Below are positions 1-11,900 of a DNA stretch of 64,000 bases, piece by piece; within the stretch, counting starts at the first letter, position 1, and each line of letters starts with the position of its first letter. This stretch comes from Lepidodermella squamata (Eukaryota > Animalia > Gastrotricha), in assembly GCA_047495785.1 (NCBI GenBank), contig JBLDXI010000024.1:3410001-3474000 (forward strand), given 5' to 3'. The notes beneath the pieces are model-generated. The model was not told the DNA's origin. It did not search any database and saw only the letters and a program-made list of their open reading frames with translations. Made by a program: the position numbers and the translations under genes.

Positions 1-857
1 CACATATCATGCGGCTGCTTGCTGGGCTGAATGCCATCTCAGACAGAATGCAATTGAACGGACTAACGATCGGAACTTTGATTTTCAACAGAGCCTCCGG
101 TTGAGAACCTTCATTGGCAGTCAAGCCCCACCCAGCTAGGTAACCCATATCCCCTTCGACGCTTTAAAAGAAACTGAACATCCATATAAAGAATTACGCG
201 TGAGCATACCATGATGCTAAACAGGATTCTGGCAGGCAAACTGGTTGCACATTCCAGGAAGTGAAATTCAAAGACGCCGACATCTTGATGAGAGCGAAAT
301 CGTAATCGAAAGAAGGACGGCTGTAGTTAGGGTGGATAACTATCTGCTCTGATGATAGCTCGAACTCTCCAGAGTCTGTTAGCAGCAAGTAGTGATTCGC
401 AAACCACGCTTGTATCCAGGTAGCTCCGCTAACGCAATGCGCAGCGGTGACAATCCACCTTTCTGAATTAGGAAAAATTGCCGCTAAAGTCTACTAAGGT
501 GCTTTCCTCACTATTAACAATAGCTGCTCCACAAGTGAACCCAGAACTTGACAAGATGTATACCGAGTAAGGAAATTCGTTTTGCACAGCTGATACGCCG
601 CTGATTATTCGACTAGATCTTGGATTGATAAGTGCCCGCAATTCATTGACTGGATCGACGTTGAAATACTTTGAATGTCCACAACTTATTTGATTGGCAG
701 TGCTAGGACTCTGCTGGGCCGTTGGTAGAGCATTGTAAGCTTCCGGGCTTGTTCCAGGTAATGGAGCCCTAACTATTTGCCTATCGATGAAACAACAGTT
801 GATAAAGCATGGCAAGGTACAACTAAACCACAAGAACGTGGTTAGCAGACCTGTCAT
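1..857 (-). CDS. Trypsin-family (S1) serine protease, 5' part; runs off the left edge
   Basis: Exons 857-512, 462-210 and 161-<1 join at GT-AG introns. The product has a hydrophobic N-terminus, activation site R|IISG, TCGAAIV, VTAAHC (His), DYDFALIK (Asp), PVCLP and LAGWG. The catalytic Ser lies outside the window. Confidence 0.92.
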
Positions 858-1769
858 GCTGTGCTGCGATATGAACTAAATGATGCGCTACTTACTTTGA
901 TATAAAAACAATAATGCGGTCTGTCAGATCTCATGCCAAGTGCAAACAGCTTCATTTGAAGTTTGCTCGTTCTGTTTGCACTGGAATTGTGCAGTAGTTT
1001 AAGTGAGGTAACAAGGCCCGTGCATCGTCTCGTGCCACAAGTGATAGTGTATATTATTTTTTGGCTTAAATTCATCATCTTGAAACAAACCCACTCAGTG
1101 CGCTTTGTTGTTATCTCAGGATTTGACTAGAACGCGTTTTCAAGCGAAATCTACAATTCTCATTTATTTATTTATTTAATGAGCATGATATCCAGGAAGG
1201 AAGCTCGATAGTGAAAAAGAAAGTGCAGCCGCAGTAGAGTAGTCAGAGTGCCATGATAGTTTGTCGGGAAATTATCGTTCAGAGTCACCAATGGTATTCG
1301 AAAAGTTGAACCAAAGAAAAATGGAATGAAAATTGCATTTTCATACATCTACAGCTGCCATTTCCTTGCGGCCCAGACCTAACTTTAAACTTACTTAAAC
1401 CCTCACCTCTAGCATCAACCTTAAATTATGCCTAACCCACTCAGAACTCAATATTGCATTTGAGCCCGAGAAGGAAATTTACGAAAAAAGGGAATTTTTT
1501 ACTTTACGGAGAAGTCATGTGATGTAGATAGGAGAAGTGGGCCGTTGATATATAGTATTCGTAATTCGTAACCGCTGGCCGCTGGTTTCTCCGCTCTCGA
1601 ATTCGTCATACGAACCATTTTCTAACTTATCAGACAAACAACTTGTTATGCACCTGAACATTTCCCAGTGTAAGAGTGTTAGAAAACAGTTGATCTCGTT
1701 TTATGCTCGTTTTTCGTTACTTTGTGGCGCGACAAAAAGTGTGCGAGAGGAGGTTTTTGCTATGTTATG

Positions 1770-2189
1770 TATAAATCATTTATTCACAGCGCTGCCGCTT
1801 TGCCGGTGTCACCAAGGCTTGCAGAAAACGCAGACAATCGTTAAGCAGCTAAAGGCAGCAGACGTTTTTCGCGCCAGAAAATTCCGAACGTAGCTAATAC
1901 CGAGGATGGCTAGGCAATGCTTTCGTATTAGCTCGATAATGCGTCAGAACATTCTGAATTTAATATGTTCGACCCTTGACTAATGTGGCGCCAAAGTGTG
2001 AGAAGAAAATAAATTGTCAGAAGGTGCGAAACGCGTGATCTACAAATTGTGGTGCGAACTACTTCGCTTAGACATTAAAATTGTCAATTTAACAGTTAAC
2101 CTGCTAACCTGCTAAGACGCATCTCCTCTAGCTCTGCATTTGAGATAATATTATCAGGAAGGGATACAAAATTCTATCATCTTGAATCG
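1770..2189 (+). promoter_or_regulatory. Conserved upstream block of cassette A
   Basis: Non-coding and alignable with 21370-21794. It shares motifs CGCTTTGYCGGYGTCWCCAAGG and TCGTTAAGCAGC with the blocks upstream of the other four cassettes. Confidence 0.55.
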
Positions 2190-2657
2190 ATGCTGCTATC
2201 ACAGGCAATCAAGGTGCCACGTGTAGCAGGAACTGTCCTATTTCCGGCGTTAATCCTTTTGGCGATTTTCCGTCCAATCGGTGCGAATACTGATTGTTAC
2301 CTTGCAAATTTGCTTATAAAAGCTTGAAATTTAAGCTTCGGCTTGTAATGGTACCGTTTCCGGAAATGGCTGTCCAGGTCAAAACAATATTTGCTGCAGG
2401 AATGGCGGATCATGCATAGACGGCAAGTATTGCCGTTGTACGGGAACTTATAATACGAGGTGGTGTGGAGGCAGTAAGTATTTACCTGGTGCCTTCTCCG
2501 AAACAGATGAAACAGATGTCTCTTATTTTTTCAGAGGACGGCGATTTCTGTTCTCTAACAGACAACGATGACTATCCTCCGTGCGAAAATGGCGGGACAT
2601 GCGAAAATAAGCAATGCACTTGTCCGGTTGGGACTTCTGGTAGATACTGTGAAATAG
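2190..2657 (+). CDS. Variable N-terminal cassette A (signal peptide + 2 EGF-like domains); probable 5' end of giant lectin gene copy 1
   Basis: Exons 2190-2280, 2336-2473 and 2535-2657 splice in frame: MLLSQAIKVPRVAGTVLFPALILLAIFRPIASACNG...CCRNGGSCIDGKYCRC...YPPCENGGTCENKQCTCPVGTSGRYCEI-G|gt. The last donor is phase 1. Confidence 0.85.
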
Positions 2658-4284
2658 GTCTGTATCTAACTAATGATTTAATAAGAAAAGACATGCATTT
2701 CCAATTTCCATGCCACTCCATTTCATACCTGGCGCGACCTCGAATATTGCCCCGGTATAATGTTTTTTGATTCCCATATGTGCGGCTGCTATTTCACGCA
2801 AAATTTTAAAAATTAAAATGTTTAGGATTTGTAGCAAAGTTCAGTCATTCTTTTAAATCAGCGTCTATCCTACGTGCTATCGTTTAATGATCACTGATGA
2901 ATGACATGAACCGGATTAATCTAGCAGCTCGAATAAAATCGGCTAAATGAGTAACTAATGTGGTCAAGTAGATCTGATTGATTGGTCTGCGGAGGAGATA
3001 TTTTCGAAGTCTATCACTCTCTTACGGAACGCTGATGCTACCCACTATCAAAATTTACGAAAAATCGCATGACAATGACAAACGTGAATTTTTGAATGAA
3101 TTGAGCATGAAGTTCGAATCCGCCGGCCTTGATTTCCTTCATGACAGTAAGGACTGTTGGTAGAAAAATTATAATGGTAGATGAAAATTATGGGCGCCGG
3201 CTCCTAATTTGTCACGATCGGTCTATTGCGTAACAACACCTGCTGCTACGCTCATAATAGGCACCAAACTTATTAAGTAATGTCTCCTTTTCAATTACCC
3301 TATTGAATATCACCTCATACTTTTCGACCGTTACCCTTTGAATTACTTGAAACCTTCTTGAATCAATTGCAACTAAGGTGACATTTAACGGCTTTTTTAA
3401 GCCGAATCATACTCACATAAGCCCATCGTTTGGGAAACAAAACATACACCCGGGCCATCAGTGTTTCATTTTCGACGAGCTTAACCCAGTGTTTGGCTAC
3501 CGTCCAAAATGGTTGGGCAGTTCATCGAGGAGAATCGCTATGTTCATAGCATCAACATTTGCCGGACAGTTAACCCTTTCATAGCGGGAAGGACGATTTC
3601 GGAATTTCGACTTTGGTAATTCACAGATCCATCAATTTAACTTTTCTATCCCCATTGCCAAAATACTACTTTCTGATTTTGCCTACAACAATCCGAAATT
3701 CATATTTATTCATCCCTTCCCCTCTCTGAATACGATCAATTTTAAAATTTCAAATCGATGGACGTTTTTCTTATTTTTTTCAATCGAGTAAAAAGATGAC
3801 TCAAGAGCCAGCTGCATTTTTCTAAAAACCACAGTCTGGTGTATTATGGTATCAAATAATAGCAATAATCGTTGTTTATACAGGTAGCCCCGTTCTTCCA
3901 GAAACTCTGACCTTGCGAGGTTTTCATAACAGTGATGATACGTCAGTGAGGCTATGAATTAATTTTGAGTATAGTGTTTGTATTTGTATTATAGTAACAA
4001 ACTCATTTTTAATACAAGGAACAAGAAAAAATTAATTGTTAATCACTTATTCCTAATGGACGGGTGGTGGGTACCTGTATTCCTTACCATAAACTAATTA
4101 TCCTAGCGTTTCGTGCATCTTCCGAGCATTATTTTGCTCATGATTTCACCGCTGAACATTTTCCTGTGCAGCCACGGTGCAGATTCTGCTTGTTTTCAAG
4201 CCCAGTAAAAACAATTACATTGTCCAAATTTTCTCGGCCGTTTTTTTTCGATCGCCATAAAACGCCAAAAAAACTTCGTTCTTC

Positions 4285-5770
4285 ATCAATAAATAATTCT
4301 TTAACATGCAAGTAGAGGTGTTTACATCACATTTTTTCGCATACGCTTTGTTGGCATCTCCAAGGCCAACGGGCTGCACTTATGGTCGTTAAGCAGCAAG
4401 CGTTGGGAGGTTACAACTGTTTCAGAGATACGCAATTATGATAAGACTTTTTATTAGCACACTGACTTGACTTAGGTGAAATGTGTGAAGGGTAAATAAA
4501 CTCGGAGGTGACAAATATCGACCAAGATATTATCACACCTTTGGCAAATGTTATTATTGCTTCATCAGAATTATAGTAGCTTAATCCGAGCTGATTCGAA
4601 TTCAATCATGGTGAAAATAAGCGCTTAACCGGAATATCAAAAAGAAAAACTTCAGAGTTGAAATCACACTATCAATTCGCGGTTCGAAGCTAACACTTTA
4701 ACCTTTAGCTGTCCAAATTGCGGCACAGGTACCGTTACGGCCGTAACTAAGTTTCGATATTTCGTATCGGCACTAAATTTCCTTACTTTTAACTACAAGT
4801 TTTGACGTAAAAAATACAGGTACTTTTCGAGGGCAGTGCTGGTAATTTGTTACGAAACAAGGACAAAATTTGTTTTTAGATGCGTAATGACTTGTCATTT
4901 TCGCAAATGCAGCAAAATAAATGTTCCATCCCTGGCATCTCCGGGAACCAAGATCGCACCCTGGCTATGAGGATGCCGAAATTCCGCGTCCAATTCATCG
5001 AAAATCAGTGGCGTAGCCAGAATTTTGTTTGGGTGTGACATGTTTTTGCACTCAGGTTAAAAAAGTCTAGTACTCAAAAAAAGTCGACTCGCGAGCTAAG
5101 TGAGCTTTAGCTGAGGCTTTTTGGCATTTCCAAGCTGAAAATGCCCACAAAAATGCTCGGATCTTAATTCCTTTTACAAAAATCACCAGATGACCAAAAA
5201 TCGATCGATAGTTTTGGCTTCTCAAGGCATTTCAAGTCTAAAGCTTGTAAGTCTAAAAATGCTCAGCTCATCGTTTAATTTCTAGCATAGCAAAGCATAG
5301 CATTATCTTTATTTCATCTTTTCCCTTTTCCTTCATATTATTATTCATTCAACTTTGATTTCTGGTTATTAAAAACATCCCATGCTGCAGTTCTTAATGT
5401 CGATTCGGTACTAAGTACCGGCAATGACGTCATAAAGTATCAGCAATATTATCAAACCACAAAAATATACTAGACTACATTCGATACGATCGTAATGGTT
5501 CTTTTGCCGTAATTTGGGCAGTTGCAACAAAAATGGTTACATTGTCTCTTATAATCTCGTCTAGCGAGCTTTCGTCTAGTTTTCGTCTATTTTTTACGGC
5601 TTCAGATCGCTAACTTCAGTCGTTAGAAGACATTTCTGAAATTTAAGTTTCACAAAGAGGCTGCAACGGAAACTGTAATTCTTACTGCAAGAACTATGCA
5701 TCAACAACTGTGTGATATGCCGTGTACAATAGTCTACAGGCAATGCCTTTGTCGTATCGGGGTAACTCGA
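4285..5770 (+). pseudogene. Decayed cassette B (paralogue of cassette E)
   Basis: 4285-4670 aligns with the upstream block of cassette E (29760-30184). Exon 1 is replaced by about 0.9 kb of unrelated DNA. 5595-5770 aligns with 30267-30640 but has deletions that remove EGF cysteines and the final donor. Confidence 0.8.
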
Positions 5771-5983
5771 AATCTTAAAATACAACCTTAACGTATCTTC
5801 AAACTGTGATCTGATGTTGTGGCACCATACGGTACCATATTATGTAGAAAGTTCAGCATGGGTTTCTACATAATGAAATCATAAATTAACATATAAATCT
5901 TTTCAAAAACATGGGTATGCAATTCAATTCTAAGCTATCGTATCTTTTTATAACATTCGCATTTCCATTTAAATTCCCTACAG

Positions 5984-8900
5984 GTATACCGGGAACAACA
6001 CCTGCACGTATGCTTGATTTGAAAATAATCTCCATGTATTTATGGGCAATCTTGCAGCGACGTGCAGCTTAGATTGCAAGAATGGAGGTACCTGTATAGC
6101 GACAGATACTTGCAAATGCACATCGGGATGGACCGGCACCGACTGCAGCACTCGTAATTCTTAACGTAGTGGATAAAGGTTGGAGCTATTAGTGAAAATT
6201 GACAGCTATTTGCTCGTCATCTTGTCAAAATGGCGGAACTTGCTCGGCCCCAAACACTTGCAAATGTGCTAGCGGTTATACTGGCAATACATGTGGCACA
6301 CGTTAGCTTCATGCGATGTTGTCAGAGAATATCTCTTCTCTTTGCTGTTTTGTTAATTTCTTTTATAGCTTTTTGCTCTCCCGGCTGCCAGAACGGTGGA
6401 ACTTGCTTCGCGCCAGACAATTGCGTTTGTCCCACTGGGTACAACGGAACTTCTTGCCAATCGGGTAAAACAGTCAACATTTTTCAGCAGAATTAATGGT
6501 TAATTTATTCATGATACTCTCCTCAGCTATCTGCTCGCAAGCATGTGCCAACGGCGGGAGTTGCACTAGGCCAAACGTCTGCACTTGCACCCCAAGTTGG
6601 AACGGAACAACGTGTTCAATTCGTAAGCCTGCAAACTTTTTCATACCTCCTCTCTTGAAATTCTTGTTATTATGCCAGCTGTATGCGATCCGTCGTGTCA
6701 AAATGGGGGCAACTGTACGAATCCGAACAACTGCAGTTGCCCGCCTGGTTATACTGGCAGAAGCTGCCAATCAGGTAGGGTTTTGCTGGCTTAGAATTTG
6801 GCATCATCATCAACTGGTTCCTTGAAGCTATTTGCAATCCATCTTGTCAAAATCTTGGTATATGCTCCCGCCCCAATGTTTGCCTTTGCACCTCACTTTG
6901 GAATGACTCGACGTGTTCAACACGTAAGGCTTTGAATCTTTTGCAAATCGTTTTTATTTAGGACTACAACTACAGCTGTCTGTAGCCCCAGCTGCAATAA
7001 TGGGGGAAATTGCACAAGTGTATCTCCAAGTTCCAACAAATGTCGCTGTGCAGCAGGTTGGACTGGGCCTAGCTGTTCTACTCGTAGGATAAAATATTCA
7101 ATGAACGATTCTTATAATCTTACGATTTTCCCTTAATAGCAATCTGCTCCACTGGGTGCGCTCACGGTGGCACATGTATCGCGCCAGAAATTTGCAGATG
7201 CAACTATGGATGGAAAGGGACGAATTGTTCGTTACCAGCTTGCCCATCTTTAAATGAATGCAACGGCCACGGGACGTGCATTGCTCTCAACAACTGTACT
7301 TGTGATTTCTTGTGGAAAGGAGACAGCTGTGACCAATGTTAGTTTGACAGATTTTATTGCAGTATGGACTAAAAAATTACGGTCTTTTTCCCAGGGTATT
7401 GCCAAGACGGGTGGTGTTACAACGGAGGAAACTGCAGTGGGCCTAAGTAACGTTTATTTAAGTCATGTTACGTTGCAGCTTTTTTTTGTTATGTTTGGAA
7501 TGTTACAGCCAATGCCGCTGCCCACCGATTTGGCGTGGACCTCATTGCGAGCAACGTAAGATAATACCATAATAGCAATTCGGAAAATTCTGCTGTATTT
7601 CCCATAGCTGTGTGCACTCCTGAATGTTCCAACGGTATCCATTCAACATAATTTTGTGATTTTTATTAAGAAATATTTAATTAAGGCGGCTGGTGCTTGT
7701 GGGCTGGCGGTTTCAAGTAATGCCCTATGATATAGCGAGGCCTTCTATTTCCATCCATTTTTTCTAGGTGCCATTGTCCTTCAGGATGGACTGGGAACGA
7801 CTGTACCATACGTTTGTAACGATTTATGTATGTTCGGTTGTTAATTTGGGCTCCTTATTTAGCGGACCCTGCTTCTTATTCCGGACATCTAACTTTTACG
7901 AGTCAGAACGCTAAAACATGGGCCACGGAAGATGTTTACAAAAAATTTGTCCTTGACCCAAGCGCCTATCCTCAAGGATTTACATCGGCACGTAAGTCGA
8001 GTTTCCAGTTTGTTTCCCCTTTTGCCTATTCAATTTTCTCTGGCCTCTTTTGCAGCAACTAGTGTCGACAATTGCTGCCCCTGTGGATCCTTCTTACAGG
8101 ACAATAATTGCTATTTTGTTGTAAATCCACACACGTCTTGGAATCTTGGAGATTATATGACACAGCCGCATTACGCAATGGCAACTTGTACCCATGCTGG
8201 AGCAACTTTAGCGACATTCGAAACGGGGGATTCACAGGCGAAAATGGCGAATTTGGTCAAATGGCTTGCAACGGAGCTGAATATTCAGTTGGACAAAAAA
8301 CCAGTTGATCAAAGTCTTAACGAGTGGAATGATATCTGCCTAATTATTGGAGGATACCGAGATCATACTCACAACAAATGGTACTGGCAGACTTATCCAC
8401 CAGTTGAAATCGACTCCAGTTTGTGGTATCGAGGCGAACCGCGTTACGATATTGAATTCTTATGCATGATACCGGTAAGGAGGAAATGTCACATCGGACT
8501 TTTTGACCATTTCCTATACTAGCATAAGAAAAGACCTCTCTTGAGGACTTTCTATTACTGGTGGGGTGCTCAGCCGGCAGTCTGCATGATCCGCAACCCG
8601 TGTTCTAGCATGCCAGTTTGCAAGCCTGGCGTTGCGAAGAATAAAATCGAGAACATGCGAATCATGGATCGCTGCTACTCAACTGGAGTATCCACAGGCG
8701 GAGATTGGGGTAACGATTACGTAGACCGGCTGAAGGCTGAACAAATCTGCCAGGCAAAGAATGGATTCTTAGCGACAATCAGACAGCAATTTGAGCCGTA
8801 CTATTGGTCATGGGCTTTGGACGCCTGGTACAAAGCTGAGGACAGCACGGTAAATAGCTTGTGGCGTATTTGGAATTACCAAGGTTGGATCGGCTACAAT

Positions 8901-11900
8901 CACTTAAGCTGTGAGTCTTTCTGTTCTCAGCGTTCTCCCATATAAACGTTGTGCTTTTATTAGCGGACTATTATTGGGATTCTATCAATAAAAACTTGGC
9001 AAGCCCCTATCATGTCAACTGGAAACTCGGCAGTGGCCAGGAGCCAAATGACCAGTCGGCTAGTTACTGCTCGATGATGAAAGCTGACGGGTGGTACGAC
9101 GAGCTGTGTTCAAACAATGCAATAGTAAGAATCACTCACATCGATGTCTTCTTTCTTTAACGCAATATCTTTGCAGAGCATCGCTTGTGAAGGTGGAGTG
9201 GGCGTGGTGACATTACCATCCACTGATAGCGCTTGCGTTCCCCAGTGTCCAATCACACGTGAGTTTGCCGTTTTTCGAACCAAGTGCCCTAAACTAAGCA
9301 TTGATCCGAGCAGCTACTTGTCCACAAGGCTACTTCTACTCTTCATGCTACGACTCCTGCTACAAAATCAACAAGTTAGTGAATACTCATGATTCAATCA
9401 GAGTCTCATCACTCCTTTTTTAAGCGACTCCAAGAGCTACCTAGACGCCGCGGGAGACTGTGTATGAAACAGCATTCTATGGATGATTCATAAATTTTTT
9501 ATTTTATTTCAGGCCACTCAAGGCGCCACTCTTCTAAATACCAATACAAGTGGTGAATTCTATTACATTACCGGGTTATTGCGCAAAGATAAAGATTGGT
9601 TCCTTGGCCTTGGCGATTGGGCTCGTCGTTCTCGAGGCGATCTTTCAATTGGCATTAAGTCATACACTGGTGATGCGGATGGAACATGGAGATGGCAAGA
9701 TGATAGCATCACGGATACGATATCTTATGATACCTTATCCGGTGCCTTCTCAAAATCCCCATCTCCATACGACTTCTTGATCTGGGAAAAACAGCCAACA
9801 CCAGCCTCAGACGGCATCAGTGCGCCGTATATTAGTTTTCTGAGGTATGATCCGAGCGGAAAGAGATGGTACATCCCAGTGAGCAATGCTAACAACTTCA
9901 ACTACCAAGCCGCTTATGTCTGCGAATACAATGCGGCCTGCTACGTATGCCCGCCTGGTTGGTTTAAATTTGGAGTTCACTGCTTCAAGTCACTTCACAA
10001 CGATGGTGATGGGGCTTATGCTGATAAGGAGGTTGCTTGCAAGAATCAAGACTCAAGGGCATGGATTTGGTATCCTAGAAGCCAGATGACGACAATGTTT
10101 GTTCGACTTCATATTGGTCAGCTGAATTCATTCGGCGTAGGTACAAACGTTTGGATTGGTCTGGAGAAAAACTCAGATGGAAACTGGGTTTGGTCTGACG
10201 GAGTTACCGCTGCCTCGTCCAATTCATTTGACATAACATCCACGGCACTTACCAGCTCTAATGACGCGTTTTTTGTTACTGGCGTCAACAAATTGAGCAG
10301 CATTACTACTGTTACTGGTCAGCCCGAGTCGATGTGGAAACCGGCGGATAGCACTTCAGCCTATAGAGCTGTCTGCCAGATGCCAGCTATTTACGGCTGG
10401 CAGCCAACTTGTCAATCTGCGTGCCCGGCGAAACGTAACTAGATTTACCATCATAAATGTGTCATCTTACTACCATACGTTCTATGTTTAGCGACTTGTC
10501 CAAGTGGCTACACTTATTCGGCGTGTTTTGACTCATGCTACAAAGTGTCTACGTAAGTTCTTCGGACAGCGGGTGCTTAGAGATTTCTTCAACTATTCAA
10601 ATGAACAGGAATGCAGTCCAGTACTTTGATGCTTTAGAAGATTGCGTGAGTATATCATAAGACGCTAAATGGGCAAGAACTATAGCCAGTTTATTAATTT
10701 CCGTAGCTTGCCTCGGGTGCGTCATTGGTGAACTTCAATTCATTCGACGAATATCAGTTCATTATCGGTGGCGGGGTTAGGGGACTAGATACCAGCCAAT
10801 CATACTTTATCGGCCTGCAAGACTGGGTTCGACGGGGTCGCCGAATAACCTTTCCTTCGCCTTTAGTATTCTCCTCTTATAACGGTGATCCGGATGGGAA
10901 GTGGTATTGGTCAGATGGCACTGGTCCGATTGCAAACACAGACATTGCCGATGCTCCTTACTCCGCTTCGCCCAGCCCATGGAGTTACTTGATTTGGCAG
11001 AAGAGACCGATTGCCGACTACAATGGTCTCAACAACTTCGTAGCCTATCTGTCCTACAGTAGATCACGATCGCAATGGTACTTGCCCGTCGATAACAACC
11101 GTTTCAACAATTCGGCTCGTTACATCTGCGAGGTCAACAACGCTTGCTGGATGTGCCCGAGTTGGTGGTATAAGTGGGGCAAGATGTGCTATTTGAATCC
11201 TAGCTGGCCACCGACAAAGATAGGCAATGCAAGGACATGGTGCTTTGGCGAGAGCACCGGTGGTGTCGCAATGATAGCCCCGAAAACTGAGCCTGCATTG
11301 ATGTGGCTGCGAGTTGCCGCCAATCACAACAATCTTTTCGGTTTCGGGGATGTTTTCAACGGCTTGTACCGGCCACCAAATACTAACAATTGGATTTGGG
11401 GCGATAACTCGTCCTTGGCAGCCACCGATGCGTTCGAAAGCTGGACAGACGATGCAGTTTATAACACTGATAATAATTTCGTATTCACGCCATCCTTGGA
11501 TACAAATCTAAATTTCGCGCTAGATCAGGACATTAGCCAGTGGAAAACTCGAGATGATGGCCAATATGCATATGTTTTATGCCAGAAAAACGCTGTTTAT
11601 GCCAACGGAGCAACGCCTGCCCCTACTGGATCGCCAACTACAACGCCCACACCAGACTGTGTTGACGTAAGAATTCTACGAAGAAAGAATTCTAAGAATA
11701 AAATTGATATCAACTGCTTACCCAAACACAGGATGGCTGTTGCAGATGTCCCCTTGTTAGATACTCCGATCCTTCGACTCAAACAGATAACTGCTACTTA
11801 TTTTCGAATTACACGTGAGTGACTATTGCAGTATTAGGTCAAAGGTATACTCAACTGGACACGGAAATAGGGCAACTTGGGCCGATGCAAGTTGGGCATG

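Noticed and set aside
1375-1440. CCTAAC-like telomeric remnant
   Set aside because: Too short and degenerate to support.
6058-7340. Regularly spaced repeats suggesting a CRISPR-like array
   Set aside because: They are EGF exons separated by introns in a eukaryotic gene.
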